From Candidatus Eiseniibacteriota bacterium (GTDB lineage: Bacteria; Eisenbacteria; RBG-16-71-46): a stretch of 64,000 bases of DNA. Made by a program: the position numbers and the translations under genes. The notes under the pieces are model-generated. The model had not been told where the DNA came from. It was given only the letters and a program-made list of their open reading frames with translations, and did not search any database. Shown here piece after piece: positions 43,560-53,524 of the stretch. Every line of letters starts with the position of its first letter. The first letter of the stretch is position 1. The stretch is taken from assembly GCA_963725865.1 (NCBI GenBank), contig CAVSAC010000010.1:672001-736000 (forward strand), in the 5' to 3' direction.

Positions 43560-45731
43560 TCACGATGCCAGGATCGCCTCCAACCGGCAGACGATCGCCG
43601 CGAAGCGAGGATCCGAACGGACGGAATCGAGATTGCTGTCGTGTTGCACCCAGGCCAGGCGGTTCATGCCGGCGGTCACCGAGCGCTCGAGGAACTCGAT
43701 CGACTCCTCGCGACGACCGGCCATGGCGTAGATGCAGGCCAGATTGTAGAGCAGCATCGCGTCCTCGGGATCGAGCGCGAACGCACGCCGCGCCCACTCG
43801 AGTCCGCGCTCGTGCTCGCCGAGTGCCACCATCGCGTTCGCCCCCATGTAGAGCGCGCGCACGTCGTCCGGGTGCAGAGCGAGGCGCCGCTCGGCGACGC
43901 GCAGTCCGGCCCGCCGCGCCGCCCCGGCGCGCTCCGGCTGGCGGAGGTCCTCGTAGATCTGCCCCACCAGCAACGGGGCCTGGTAGTCCTCGGGTCGCAG
44001 CGCGAAGGCGCGCTCGTAGAGGCGCACCGCCTTCTCCAGGTCGCCCTGCATGAACGCGTCGCGGGCGTAGAAGTAGTGAGCCTCGAACAGCCGCGGATCG
44101 AGGCGGAGCGCCTCCTCGAACTCGCGCTCGGCCGCGTCGTGATCGCGCGTGAGCGAGAGCGCCAGCCCGAGCGAGACGTGCGCCTGCGCCAGCGCGGGCT
44201 CGAGCTCGACCGCGCGCTGCCCTGCCTCGAGCGCCGCCTGGCGCACCGACTCCATGCCCATCACGTGCATGAACAGGTAGGTGCAGCAGTCGGCCAGCCC
44301 GGCGTATGCGAGCGCGTAGTTGGGGTCGCGCTCGATGGCGTGCGCGAACATCTCGCGCGCGAATTCCACCCCGCGCCGGTTGTACTGGTAGAAGTACAGA
44401 CGCCCCTTCAGATGGTACTCGTAGGCCTGCACGTCGGCGGTGGCCTGCTTGCCGAGCGCCTCGCGCTGACTCGGACTCAGCGTGATGCGCAGCGCGGCGA
44501 CGATGCTGCGGGCGATCCCCTCCTGGATCGCGAAGATGTCGCGAAGCTCGCGGTCGTAGCGCTCGGACCACAGGCAGAAGCCGGTCTCGACGTCCGTCAG
44601 CTCCCCGGTGACGCGCACCCGATCGCCGACCTTGCGCACGCTGCCCTCGACCAGGTGGCGCACGCCGAGCCGGTGCCCGATCTCGCGGTGACCGAGCGGC
44701 GAGCCGCGGAACTGAAACGACGCGATGCGCGACGTGACGTGCAGGTCCTCGAGCCGTGCCAGCGCGAGGATGATCTCCTCGGCGATCCCCTCGCAGAAGT
44801 AGTCCTGGTCGTGAGCCTGGCTCAGGTCCCCGAACGGCAGCACCGCGATCGAGGCCTTCGCCGGACCGCCGCCATCGCGGGCCTCGCCCAGGCTCCCGAG
44901 CAGCTGGCGCACCTCCTGCGCCGACTGCAGGCGCAGCTCGCGATCCTTCTCGAGGCAGCGCGCCACGATCTCGTCGAATCGTCGCGGGAGCTCCGCCCTC
45001 AGCCGCGAGGGCGGGACCGGCACGTCGGTCACGATCGAGGCTGCCAGCGCGGTCACGCTCTCGCCCTCGAACGGGTGACGGCCGGTCGCCATCTGGTAGA
45101 GGATGACGCCGAGCGAGAACAGGTCGCTGCGGGGATCCACGTTCTGGCCGCGCAGCTGCTCGGGCGACATGTAGTGGAGCGTGCCGGCCATCGGCTCCAC
45201 GTCCACCGGCTGCGTGCTGGTCCAGGTCGACTCGGCCGAGTACGGCTCGTGCCGGCGGAGCTTCGCGAGCCCGAAGTCCAGGATCTTCACCCGTCCACCG
45301 GTGGTGATCATGACGTTCGCCGGCTTGAGGTCGCGGTGCACGACGCCCCCCTCGTGCGCCGCCGCGAGCGCATCGGCGATCGCGAGGGCGATCTCGATCA
45401 ACCGGTCCATCGCCATCCCACCGGCGGGGATGATGTCTCGCAGCGTGCGGCCGGGGATCAGCTCCATGGTGAAGAAGTGTGTCGGCCCGTCCTGCTCCAC
45501 CGAGTGGATCGTCACGATGTTGGGGTGATTGAGCGCGGCGATCGCGTGCGCCTCGCGCTCGAACATCGAGAGGCGCGACGGATCGCCCGCAACGTCGTCG
45601 GGGAGGACCTTGATGGCGACGTCACGACCGAGCCGCGTGTCGACAGCCTTCCACACCACGCCCATGCCGCCGGTGCCGATCTTCTCGATCAGGCGGTAGT
45701 GCGCGAGCGATGCGCCAGGCTCGATGGACAT
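43560..45731 (-). CDS. Ser/Thr protein kinase with TolB-N-like and TPR domains
   Basis: IGTGGMGVVW, VAIKVL, HRDLKPAN, DFGLAK, SIAVLPF, TPR-like C-terminus. Confidence 0.93.
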   Translation of the reverse strand: MSIEPGASLAHYRLIEKIGTGGMGVVWKAVDTRLGRDVAIKVLPDDVAGDPSRLSMFEREAHAIAALNHPNIVTIHSVEQDGPTHFFTMELIPGRTLRDIIPAGGMAMDRLIEIALAIADALAAAHEGGVVHRDLKPANVMITTGGRVKILDFGLAKLRRHEPYSAESTWTSTQPVDVEPMAGTLHYMSPEQLRGQNVDPRSDLFSLGVILYQMATGRHPFEGESVTALAASIVTDVPVPPSRLRAELPRRFDEIVARCLEKDRELRLQSAQEVRQLLGSLGEARDGGGPAKASIAVLPFGDLSQAHDQDYFCEGIAEEIILALARLEDLHVTSRIASFQFRGSPLGHREIGHRLGVRHLVEGSVRKVGDRVRVTGELTDVETGFCLWSERYDRELRDIFAIQEGIARSIVAALRITLSPSQREALGKQATADVQAYEYHLKGRLYFYQYNRRGVEFAREMFAHAIERDPNYALAYAGLADCCTYLFMHVMGMESVRQAALEAGQRAVELEPALAQAHVSLGLALSLTRDHDAAEREFEEALRLDPRLFEAHYFYARDAFMQGDLEKAVRLYERAFALRPEDYQAPLLVGQIYEDLRQPERAGAARRAGLRVAERRLALHPDDVRALYMGANAMVALGEHERGLEWARRAFALDPEDAMLLYNLACIYAMAGRREESIEFLERSVTAGMNRLAWVQHDSNLDSVRSDPRFAAIVCRLEAILAS

Positions 45732-45869
45732 GGGACGGCCTTCCGCGTCCGCACCTCGGGGGGGCCTGCTTCGAGACGCGAGTCTACACCCGCCGCGCCT
45801 GACACCCGCTCGCGCATCCGCTAGACTGCCGGTGCGGAACCTGCCCCCGGCCTCGGTCTGGAGCGTGCA

Positions 45870-47492
45870 GTGTCGACGTCTGGCGATGCCCTCATCAGCC
45901 AATTGGTCGGTGCCTTGCGCGGCGTGCTGGCGCGCGTCGCCGAGCCGCAGGCGGTGTTGCGCACCCTGCTGCAGCAGGCGGTCACCCTCACCGGCGCCAC
46001 GCGCGGCGTGTTCGTGGAGGTGAGCCCCGGCGGCGAGCTGGCGTTCAACGTGCTCCACGCCTACCGCGCGGACATGCTGCACGACGGCGGCCACTACAGC
46101 CGCACGGTGTTCGCCACCTGCCTGCGCACCGGCGAGGACTTGGTGCTGGCGAACGCGGTCGACGAGGTGCCGGCGGCATCGCTCGAGACGGTCCGCATGT
46201 ACCGGATGGCCGCGGTGCTCTGCATGCCGATCCGGGCGGGCGACCGCATCGCCGCGCTGGTTCACCTCGAGCACGGCCAGGTCGGCTACTTCGACGAGTC
46301 CCACCGCCGCCTGCTGCGCCCGCTGCTCGACCTGGCCGCGCCCGTGCTGGAGGCGCTCGCCGCGGGGAACGCGGTGCTCCGCGAGCGCGACCAGCTCGCC
46401 GACGCCGAACAGCGGCTGCGGGAGGAGGCCGAGGAGAGCCGCACGTTGCTCACGCGCGCATGGTCCTTCGGCCAGTTCGTCGGTCGCAGCGCGCCGGTGC
46501 GCGAGCTCGAGGCCCTGGTGCGACAGGCCGCGTCGGCGCCCTCGCCGGTGCTGCTGCTGGGCGAGACCGGCACCGGCAAGAGCATCCTCGCGCGCATCCT
46601 GCACCACGCGAGCCCACGGGCCGCGCAGCCGTTCGTGACCGTGTTCTGCCCGTCGCTGGAGTGCTCCATGGTGGAGGCGGAGCTGTTCGGCCATCGCCGC
46701 GGCGCGTTCACCGGCGCCGTCGCCGACCGCGCGGGCAAGGTCCAGGTGGCCGAGCACGGCACGCTGTTCCTCGACGAGGTCGGGGACTTGCCGCTCGAGA
46801 TCCAGCCCAAGCTGCTGCGCCTGTTGCAGGAAAAGACGTACGAGCGGCTCGGCGACGCCGCGGAGCGACGCGCCGACGTGCGTGTGATCAGCGCCACCAG
46901 CCGCGACCTCGACGAGGAGGTGCGCGCGGGCCGCTTCCGCCGTGATCTGTTCGAGCGCCTCAACTACCTGCCGCTGCGGGTCCCGCCGCTGCGTGAGCGG
47001 CGCGAGGACATCCCCGCGATCCTGCGCCACTGCCTCGACCAGTCCGAGGCCGGGCGCTGGGTCGAGATCGAGGAGTCCGCGCAGCGCTATCTGGTCGAGC
47101 TGGAGTTCAGTTGGCCCGGCAACGTGCGCCACCTCGAACAGCTCGCGACGCGCATCAGCGTGGCGGAGTCGGACCGGCCACTGTCGGGCGCGGACCTGCG
47201 ACGCCTGCTCGATGCGCGCGAGCCGCGAGCGGCAGCGGGCGCGGCGGGCGCGCGCGCGGGCGACACGGCGGCGCACGAGAACGCGGCGCAGCCGGAGGGC
47301 ACGGGCGGGCAGGCGGCGGGACTCGGCCTCGAGGCGGGGCTGCCGAAGCTGCTCGAGGAGGCGGAGCGCACGTGGCTCGAGCAGGCGCTGCGGCGCCATC
47401 CGGACCTGACGCGCGCCGAGCTCGCGCTCAAGCTCAAGATCAGCGAGTCGGCGCTGTACAAGAAGCTGCGCCAGTACGGCCTCGGCAACTGA
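45870..47492 (+). CDS. Sigma-54-dependent transcriptional activator (GAF-AAA+-HTH)
   Basis: GETGTGKS, ELFGH, GAFTGA, LFLDEVG, WPGNVR, LYKKL. Confidence 0.92.
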   Translation: MSTSGDALISQLVGALRGVLARVAEPQAVLRTLLQQAVTLTGATRGVFVEVSPGGELAFNVLHAYRADMLHDGGHYSRTVFATCLRTGEDLVLANAVDEVPAASLETVRMYRMAAVLCMPIRAGDRIAALVHLEHGQVGYFDESHRRLLRPLLDLAAPVLEALAAGNAVLRERDQLADAEQRLREEAEESRTLLTRAWSFGQFVGRSAPVRELEALVRQAASAPSPVLLLGETGTGKSILARILHHASPRAAQPFVTVFCPSLECSMVEAELFGHRRGAFTGAVADRAGKVQVAEHGTLFLDEVGDLPLEIQPKLLRLLQEKTYERLGDAAERRADVRVISATSRDLDEEVRAGRFRRDLFERLNYLPLRVPPLRERREDIPAILRHCLDQSEAGRWVEIEESAQRYLVELEFSWPGNVRHLEQLATRISVAESDRPLSGADLRRLLDAREPRAAAGAAGARAGDTAAHENAAQPEGTGGQAAGLGLEAGLPKLLEEAERTWLEQALRRHPDLTRAELALKLKISESALYKKLRQYGLGN

Positions 47493-47563
47493 GACGCGGT
47501 CGCTCCTCGGAGGCGAAGCGACCGCGTTCCTCGGGTGACGATCCCGATCGGATGACCAACCCG

Positions 47564-48289
47564 TCAACGGGCGGGATGCCGCGCCACCACGACCGGCAGG
47601 TCGGGCGCGTCCGCGGCGGGCGCCGGAAGCAGCCAGGCCCAGCGCGCCAGCAGCCCCGAGAATGCGTAGCGCAGGTTGTGCCCGTCGGTGCGGGGTTCGA
47701 GCCGCGGATCCCGGTACCAGGTCAGGTCTCGGTTGTAGCCGCGCTCGCCGCTCGAGACGGTCTCGCCGTGTCCGGAGCACCCCGAGACGCTCCACAGTCG
47801 CTCGCCATTCGCGCCGACCATGACCGCGGTCAGCCCGACCACGGCACGCCCGCCATCGTCGATTTCCCAGCGGTCCACGCGCAGGCTCAGCACCGCGTCG
47901 ACGTCCAACATCCGCGCAAGGCCGCGCGCCATGCTCGGCTCGACGGAACCCGTGCGCCAGATCTGGGCGTGCACCGAGGCCTGGAGGCCGCATCGCTCAT
48001 CGACGATCGAACTCAGGCGCGCGCGCACCCGGTCGGCGGGGACCCAGCGCGGCCCGGCATCCCGGTACATCGCAAACCAGGCGCCATCCACCAGCGACTC
48101 GAGTTGCGCGTCCTCCACCGTCGTCACCGCGGGCAGGATCGCCACCGTCATGACCGGCTGGCTGTCGAGCCGGGCGCTGCGGAACACGTCGTCCGGGACG
48201 AGGACGCGCGCCGCAGCGACGCCGCCCGTCAACGCCAGGATGACGACCGCGTACATCGTCATCGCCATGATTCTGATCGTCGTCCGCAT
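47564..48289 (-). CDS. Secreted hypothetical protein
   Basis: GAGGAGG RBS; signal-peptide-like N-terminus; TVAILP and LDVDAVL segments suggest an alpha/beta CsgG/LpoB-like fold (weak). Confidence 0.7.
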   Translation of the reverse strand: MRTTIRIMAMTMYAVVILALTGGVAAARVLVPDDVFRSARLDSQPVMTVAILPAVTTVEDAQLESLVDGAWFAMYRDAGPRWVPADRVRARLSSIVDERCGLQASVHAQIWRTGSVEPSMARGLARMLDVDAVLSLRVDRWEIDDGGRAVVGLTAVMVGANGERLWSVSGCSGHGETVSSGERGYNRDLTWYRDPRLEPRTDGHNLRYAFSGLLARWAWLLPAPAADAPDLPVVVARHPAR

Positions 48290-48338
48290 GGCATCCTCCT
48301 CGGCTCATCGCCTCGCCTGGGTTGCTGACCATGGCGAT

Positions 48339-48354
48339 TGCAGGGCGCGTGCCC
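48339..48354 (-). promoter_or_regulatory. Candidate sigma-54 -24/-12 promoter
   Basis: GGGCACGCGCCCTGCA (GG-N10-GC) 50 bp upstream of ATG 48289. Confidence 0.55.
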
Positions 48355-48573
48355 AGAGGGCGGAAGTCGCCGATGCCGGCGACCATGCGCGCGGGGTCGT
48401 TGCAGGCGAGGCGCTTGGGCGCGCGGGCGCGGAGCGGCCGGGCGCCGCCCGGCGCGACGCGCCCGGGCCGGACTGGCGCGGTGTCCACGCGGACTCCACG
48501 GGCGTGGAGCCCGGACTGTCCGGACGTGGAGCGTGGCCGGGCGAAGCGGCGCAGTCGGTGATCGGCTCCGCCC

Positions 48574-49995
48574 TCAGGACGCCGGCTCGGCCTCCGTCTC
48601 CAGCACTGCCTCGCCGAATTCGGCGCCCGACCGCGCCGCGGCGTCCGCGCCGGCCGGCGCGAACGCGAGCCGCCGGCGCAGCTCGCGGCGCAGCAACAGG
48701 GCGCTCACGACCATCTGGATCGTCACCGAGGTGACCGCCAGGTACCACACCCAGCGCAGCTCGAAGCCCGGCCGATGCGCGAGCGCCAGCGCGGGCGCGA
48801 CCGCGACCACCAGCCGCACCAGCGAGGCGAGCATCGACGGAATCGTGTTGCCGAGCGCCTGGAACATGCTCGAGGCCACGAACACGATCGCCGAGGCGAT
48901 GAAGTTCCAGGACACGATGCGCAGGTAGTCCTCGCCCACGGCGAGCACCTGGGGATCGCGCGAGAACACCCCGATCATCGCGCGTGGCGCGACGTGGCAC
49001 AGCAGCGCGAAGACGACCATCAGCGCGACCGAGATTCGGAGCCCGGTCCACATCGTCTCGCGCACGCGCGCGGCCTGGCGCGCACCGAAGTTCTGGCCCG
49101 CGACGGGCGCGACCGAGAAGCCGATCGCGATCACCGGCATGAAGCCCGCCTGGATGATGCGCATGCCGATCCCGAACCCCGCCTGGGCCGCGGAACCGAA
49201 CGGCCGCGCGACGGTGTAGATCACGAACAGATACACCGCCATCAGCGCGAACTCCGCGCCCGCGGGCAGCCCGATCCGCAGGATCGCGCCCCACAGGTCG
49301 AAGCGCGGCCGCCAGTCCGCGGGCATGAAGCGCAGGAACGACTCCCGGGGCAGGAAGTACAGCAGCATCCAGACGGTGCCCACCGCCACCGCGACCAGCG
49401 TCGCCACGGCCGCGCCCGCCACGCCCATGGGCCGGTGCGTGAGCCAGCCGAAGATGAGGATCGGCGCCAGGATCATGTTGAGGATCACGGTGGCCGACTG
49501 GACCACCATCCCGGGCTTGAAGTTCCCGGTGCCGCGCAGCGCCGCGCCCATCGAGACCACGCCGAACTGCAGCGCCAGCGCCGGCACGAACCAGCGCATG
49601 TACTCCCCGGCGAGGCGCGCGGTGGCGGCGTCGGCGCTGAGGCTCTGTGTGTAGAACCCGCGCGCCGCGGTGACGAGCGCGAAGAACGCGACCGCGACCA
49701 CCAGCGACAGCGCCTGCCCCTGGTTGAACACCAGTCGCGCGCGCGGGTGGTCGCTCGCGCCGACCGCGTGCGAGACCATGGTCGTGATGCCGACGCCCAG
49801 CATCTGCGAGACGGCGAGCGAGATGAACATGAGGTTGCCGGCCACGCCGACCGCCGCCACGGCCTCTTTGCCCAGATGTCCCACCCAGTAGAGGTCGACC
49901 AGGAAGTACAGCGTCTGGAACACCATCGTCACCAGCATGAGGCTGGCGGTCTCGAGCAGGTGCCGGGTGACCGAGCCGGTGGTGAGATCGCGCAT
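48574..49995 (-). CDS. MATE family efflux transporter
   Basis: DLTTGSV, VDLYWVGHLG, NMILAPILIFG, GVAGAAVAT, GQNFGA. Confidence 0.92.
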   Translation of the reverse strand: MRDLTTGSVTRHLLETASLMLVTMVFQTLYFLVDLYWVGHLGKEAVAAVGVAGNLMFISLAVSQMLGVGITTMVSHAVGASDHPRARLVFNQGQALSLVVAVAFFALVTAARGFYTQSLSADAATARLAGEYMRWFVPALALQFGVVSMGAALRGTGNFKPGMVVQSATVILNMILAPILIFGWLTHRPMGVAGAAVATLVAVAVGTVWMLLYFLPRESFLRFMPADWRPRFDLWGAILRIGLPAGAEFALMAVYLFVIYTVARPFGSAAQAGFGIGMRIIQAGFMPVIAIGFSVAPVAGQNFGARQAARVRETMWTGLRISVALMVVFALLCHVAPRAMIGVFSRDPQVLAVGEDYLRIVSWNFIASAIVFVASSMFQALGNTIPSMLASLVRLVVAVAPALALAHRPGFELRWVWYLAVTSVTIQMVVSALLLRRELRRRLAFAPAGADAAARSGAEFGEAVLETEAEPAS

Positions 49996-50121
49996 GAGGG
50001 TCCTCGTGGGAAAGGAGCGGCGATCGGCGCGGCCCGAGCGCGAAGAGACTACGCGAAGCCGCGCCGCGCGTCGCGTGGGAATCGCGCGCGGTTCGCCAGG
50101 GCTGAAGCGCGGCCGCAGGGC

Positions 50122-50964
50122 TCAGCGCCCGCCGCGGCGCTCGCCTGCCGCAGGTGCCGCACGCGCCTCGAGGGCTTTCAGCGCCCGCAGCAGCGCGTCC
50201 CACGCATCGCCCTTCGGCACGACGAGCTCGAAATGGCCGGCGCCCGGGATCACCTCGAGACGCACGTCGTCGTGCCGGCGCAGCGAGTCCGCGCACGCGG
50301 TCACGTAGTCGGCCGGGATCACCGCGTCGTCGCGCCCCACCAGGTGCCATTGCGGAACGCCGAGCGGCGCCAGCTCGATCGGCGAGCCCTCGGCGTAGCG
50401 CGCGGGCACCGACTCGCGCGTACCCCCTACCACCTCGGAGCATGCGGCTCCGCACAGTCCCCGGCGCGCGCCCTCCGCCAGGTCGGGCACCCCCGCGAGT
50501 GACACCACGCCGTGGATCGGCAGCGGCGTGCGCGAGTACAGCTCGCTGTCCCGCGGCAGGCGGTGGCGTCCCGCCAGCCACAGCGCCAGGTGTCCGCCCG
50601 CCGAGTGGCCGATCGCGACCACGCGCGTGAGGTCGAGCGCGTACGGCACCGCGAGCGCACGCAGCTCGTCGGCGCCCGCAGCGACATCGGTGAACGTGGC
50701 GGGCCAGCCGCCCCCACCGTCGAGGCGGCGATACTCGAGGCTCCAGACGGCGTAGCCCTGGGCCGCCAGCGCCGCGCACAGTCCGCCGAGCGGGTGCAGG
50801 CCGTACGGTTCGCTCCAGCAGCCCCCGTGGATCACGATGACCACGGGTCGTGGCCCTGGCCGCTTCGGCAGGTAGAGGTCGCCGAACTGGCTCGAATCGG
50901 GCCCGTAGTGCACGCGGTGCTCGGCGGGCACCGGCGGCAGCCGCAGGTAGTCGTCGGTGGTCAT
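50122..50964 (-). CDS. Alpha/beta hydrolase (esterase/lipase-like)
   Basis: IHGGCW oxyanion motif, GHSAGG nucleophile, GAGHF. Confidence 0.9.
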   Translation of the reverse strand: MTTDDYLRLPPVPAEHRVHYGPDSSQFGDLYLPKRPGPRPVVIVIHGGCWSEPYGLHPLGGLCAALAAQGYAVWSLEYRRLDGGGGWPATFTDVAAGADELRALAVPYALDLTRVVAIGHSAGGHLALWLAGRHRLPRDSELYSRTPLPIHGVVSLAGVPDLAEGARRGLCGAACSEVVGGTRESVPARYAEGSPIELAPLGVPQWHLVGRDDAVIPADYVTACADSLRRHDDVRLEVIPGAGHFELVVPKGDAWDALLRALKALEARAAPAAGERRGGR

Positions 50965-51278
50965 CGTCACGAGGCGCTCCCGCGATCGGCCCTCACCACG
51001 AGCGACGGGTCGATCCGCGAGGCGTCGGACCCGCTGCCGCGGCCGGACGACCGGCGCGGTACCGTGACGGAGCGCGCCGGCGTGAGCGGACGAGAGCGAC
51101 GACCCATCGAGGACTCCTCTCGACGAGAATGCGGCGTGCGACCCGCGGCCGGGAGCGCGCACGGTAGCCGGAGCGATGGTGCATCGTCGAGGGTGCCGTG
51201 CGCTGGCCCGGGGCTGGGGCCTTCGGGGTTGCCGGGACGCTGGCCGAAACCCCGTTTCTCCCTCGGAGCCGACTCACG

Positions 51279-51313
51279 AACAGGCTCAAACAGTAATAAA
51301 CAGCATTAAACGT
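51279..51313 (+). repeat. Four direct repeats with exact 10-bp period
   Basis: AACAG 51279, AAACAG 51288, AAACAG 51298, AAACGT 51308. Confidence 0.75.
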
Positions 51314-51341
51314 TGACTCAGATCTCTGGCCGTCGCATGAT
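51313..51341 (+). promoter_or_regulatory. Sigma-70-type promoter
   Basis: TTGACT-17 bp-CATGAT, followed by AGGAGGG RBS. Confidence 0.65.
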
Positions 51342-51364
51342 CGACCCCGAAGGAGGGACGCGTG

Positions 51365-52198
51365 ATGACTTCGGTTCCAGCTCACCCGGTCACGGCGCGA
51401 GGCGCCGATCCCAGCTTCGGGCTCTACGTTTCCATGCTCCTCAGCGACCGCGAGCGGTTCTTCGCCGAGGTCGCGGAGGGCGTCGGCCTGCCCGCGAAAC
51501 TCGCTCACGCCACGTGGACCCTGCTCGTGCTCTGCGCCCTCTACGGCGCGGCCGCGGGTGCCTACGCCGGTCCCGCGCAGGCCATCTCGGCGGCGGTCAA
51601 GCTGCCGCTGCTCTTCCTCGGCACCCTGGCGATCTGCTTTCCCGGGTTCTTCGTCGTGCAGGTGCTCGTCGGCTCTCGACTGCGGCTGCCGCAGGTGCTG
51701 GCGCTGGTGCTCGGCGCACTCGCGCTGAGCGCCATCGTGCTCGCGGCGGTCGTCCCCATCACGGCGTTCTTCCTGCTCACCGGCGCCAACTACTACTTCC
51801 TCACGCTGCTGCACGTCCTGATCGTGCTCGGCGCGGGGCTGGTCGGGATGGCCGTGCTCCACGAGGGACTCGCGTTCGCATGCGAGAAGCGCGGCGTGTA
51901 CCCGAAGAAGGCGATGACGATCATGAAAGTGTGGGCCGTCCTGTTCGCGTTCGTTGGCATCCAGATGGCCTGGAACCTACAACCGTTCGTCGGCGATCGC
52001 GGTCAGCCGTTCCAGTTATTCCGCCACAGCGAGGGCAACTTCTACACGGCGATCGTCTATTCGCTGGAGAAGCTGTCGCACGGCGAAGGCCAGGGCTCCG
52101 GCGGCGCGCCGCCCGCGACGACGCGATCGGAAGGACGCACCCTGTTCGATCGGCCGCCGATGTTCGCGCCCGACAGCGGCGGGGCGCCCCGGCGATGA
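51365..52198 (+). CDS. Polytopic membrane protein (Yip1-like, about 5 TM)
   Basis: AVKLPLLFLGTLAICFP, FVGIQMAWNLQPFVG motifs; RBS; stop overlaps next ATG. Confidence 0.82.
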   Translation: MTSVPAHPVTARGADPSFGLYVSMLLSDRERFFAEVAEGVGLPAKLAHATWTLLVLCALYGAAAGAYAGPAQAISAAVKLPLLFLGTLAICFPGFFVVQVLVGSRLRLPQVLALVLGALALSAIVLAAVVPITAFFLLTGANYYFLTLLHVLIVLGAGLVGMAVLHEGLAFACEKRGVYPKKAMTIMKVWAVLFAFVGIQMAWNLQPFVGDRGQPFQLFRHSEGNFYTAIVYSLEKLSHGEGQGSGGAPPATTRSEGRTLFDRPPMFAPDSGGAPRR

Positions 52199-52440
52199 GT
52201 GGCCCGCTCCCACCCGACCACGAGATCCTCACGCTCGAGGAGGTCGCGCACTACCTGCGCCTCAAGCCCCAGACCATCTACAAGTGGGCGCAGGAGCGGC
52301 GCATTCCCGCGGTCAAGCTGGGCAAGGAGTGGCGCTTCCGCCGCAGCATCCTCGACCGCTGGCTGGACGAGCAGATGCTGAGCGCGAACTCGGGCTTCAG
52401 TCACCTGCGCGATCGCGAGGGCGGCGAGCGGACGACGTGA
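52195..52440 (+). CDS. Excisionase/BldC-like HTH_17 DNA-binding protein (81 aa)
   Basis: ILTLEEVAHYLRLKPQTIYKWAQERRIPAVKLGKEWRF. Confidence 0.88.
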   Translation: MSGPLPPDHEILTLEEVAHYLRLKPQTIYKWAQERRIPAVKLGKEWRFRRSILDRWLDEQMLSANSGFSHLRDREGGERTT

Positions 52441-52591
52441 GCGTTCGATGCACGGCCTGAACGCACTCACCGATGCGTCCGGGATCCGGAGCACTTCACT
52501 CGCCGCCATCGACGGCGACACGCCTTGACGCTACATTCCGCGCACAGATCGCGATCAAGACATGCCGAGCCTTGTGCGAGGAGCTGGCGCC

Positions 52592-53140
52592 ATGTTCCGT
52601 CACCGCATCGACGAACACGCCGAGTTGAGACTGTTGACACCCGCTGACGCCCGGGAGCTGTACGAGGTCACGGACGCCCATCGCGCGCACCTGCGGCGCT
52701 GGCTACCCTGGCTCGACGGTACGAGGTCGGCGTCGGACACTGAGGCGTTCATCCAATCCACCTTGCGGCAGTTCGCTGACGGTCAGGGATTCAACGCGGC
52801 GATCCTCATCGACGGGGCCATCGGCGGCGTGGTCGGGCACCATCGCATCTCATAGGCGAACCGCAGCACGTCGCTCGGTTACTGGCTCGCGGCCGCCCAC
52901 GAGGGGCACGGTTTCATGACGCGGGCCTGCCGCGCACTCGTCGGGCACGCGTTCACGGAACTGAACCTGAATCGCGTCGAGATCCGCTGCGCGAGCGACA
53001 ACGCTCGCAGCTGCGCGATCCCGGAACGCCTCTCGTTTCGCCGCGAAGGACTGCTGCGCGAGGCGGAATGGCTCTACGATCGTTTCGTGGACCACGTCGT
53101 CTACGGGCTCATCCGCTCGGAATGGAACGAGCCTCGTTGA
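52592..53140 (+). pseudogene. RimL/YdaF-like GNAT acetyltransferase interrupted by in-frame TAG
   Basis: GAGGAG RBS; HLRRWLPWL..HHRIS*ANRSTSLGYW..LNRVEIRCA..NARSCAIPERL continues in one frame across TAG 52853-52855. Confidence 0.82.
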
Positions 53141-53194
53141 TGCGCCCTGCCGGCTCGAAGTCGCGAGCGAATCGGCCGAATTCCCCGCGGGGAT

Positions 53195-53269
53195 TGGAGG
53201 CGGCACCCGGATTCGAACCGGGGAATAAGGGTTTTGCAGACCCTCGCCTTACCACTTGGCTATGCCGCC
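53195..53269 (-). tRNA. tRNA-Cys(GCA)
   Basis: GGCGGCA/TGCCGCC acceptor stem, U discriminator, encoded CCA, anticodon arm AGGGT-CTGCAAA-ACCCT, GGTTCGAATCC. Confidence 0.98.
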
Positions 53270-53524
53270 ACCACTGAGTTGAAGGGCAAGGAGTTATAGC
53301 GCAGCTGCAGGCGAAAATCCAGCCGCGAAGGGCCGAGAAGACCCTTGCCTTGCATCCTCCAATGGCGGCCGGAATCAGCCTCTTCTCAAGTGGATGCCGA
53401 GCCAAGGCGGTCGAGCAACACACCGAACTGCTACATTTCGTCCCGCCCGGCAGCTTGGCGCCAGGCTCAGACGCCCTTACCCACGAGGCAGTTCCCCTTG
53501 CCCGAGAATCAGACGCGTCGAGAG

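Noticed and set aside
45732..47993. Apparent giant N-terminal extension of the Ser/Thr kinase
   Set aside because: Antisense of the sigma-54 activator; the kinase domain begins at MSIEPG (45731)
52195..52440. Excisionase belonging to the tRNA-Cys island
   Set aside because: Lies outside the att repeats and is coupled to a membrane-protein gene with host-like codon usage; action in trans cannot be excluded
52853..52855. Pyrrolysine or stop-codon reassignment
   Set aside because: TAG terminates many genes here (142, 1654, 10118, 29911); no pyl genes in the window; the position corresponds to a Trp
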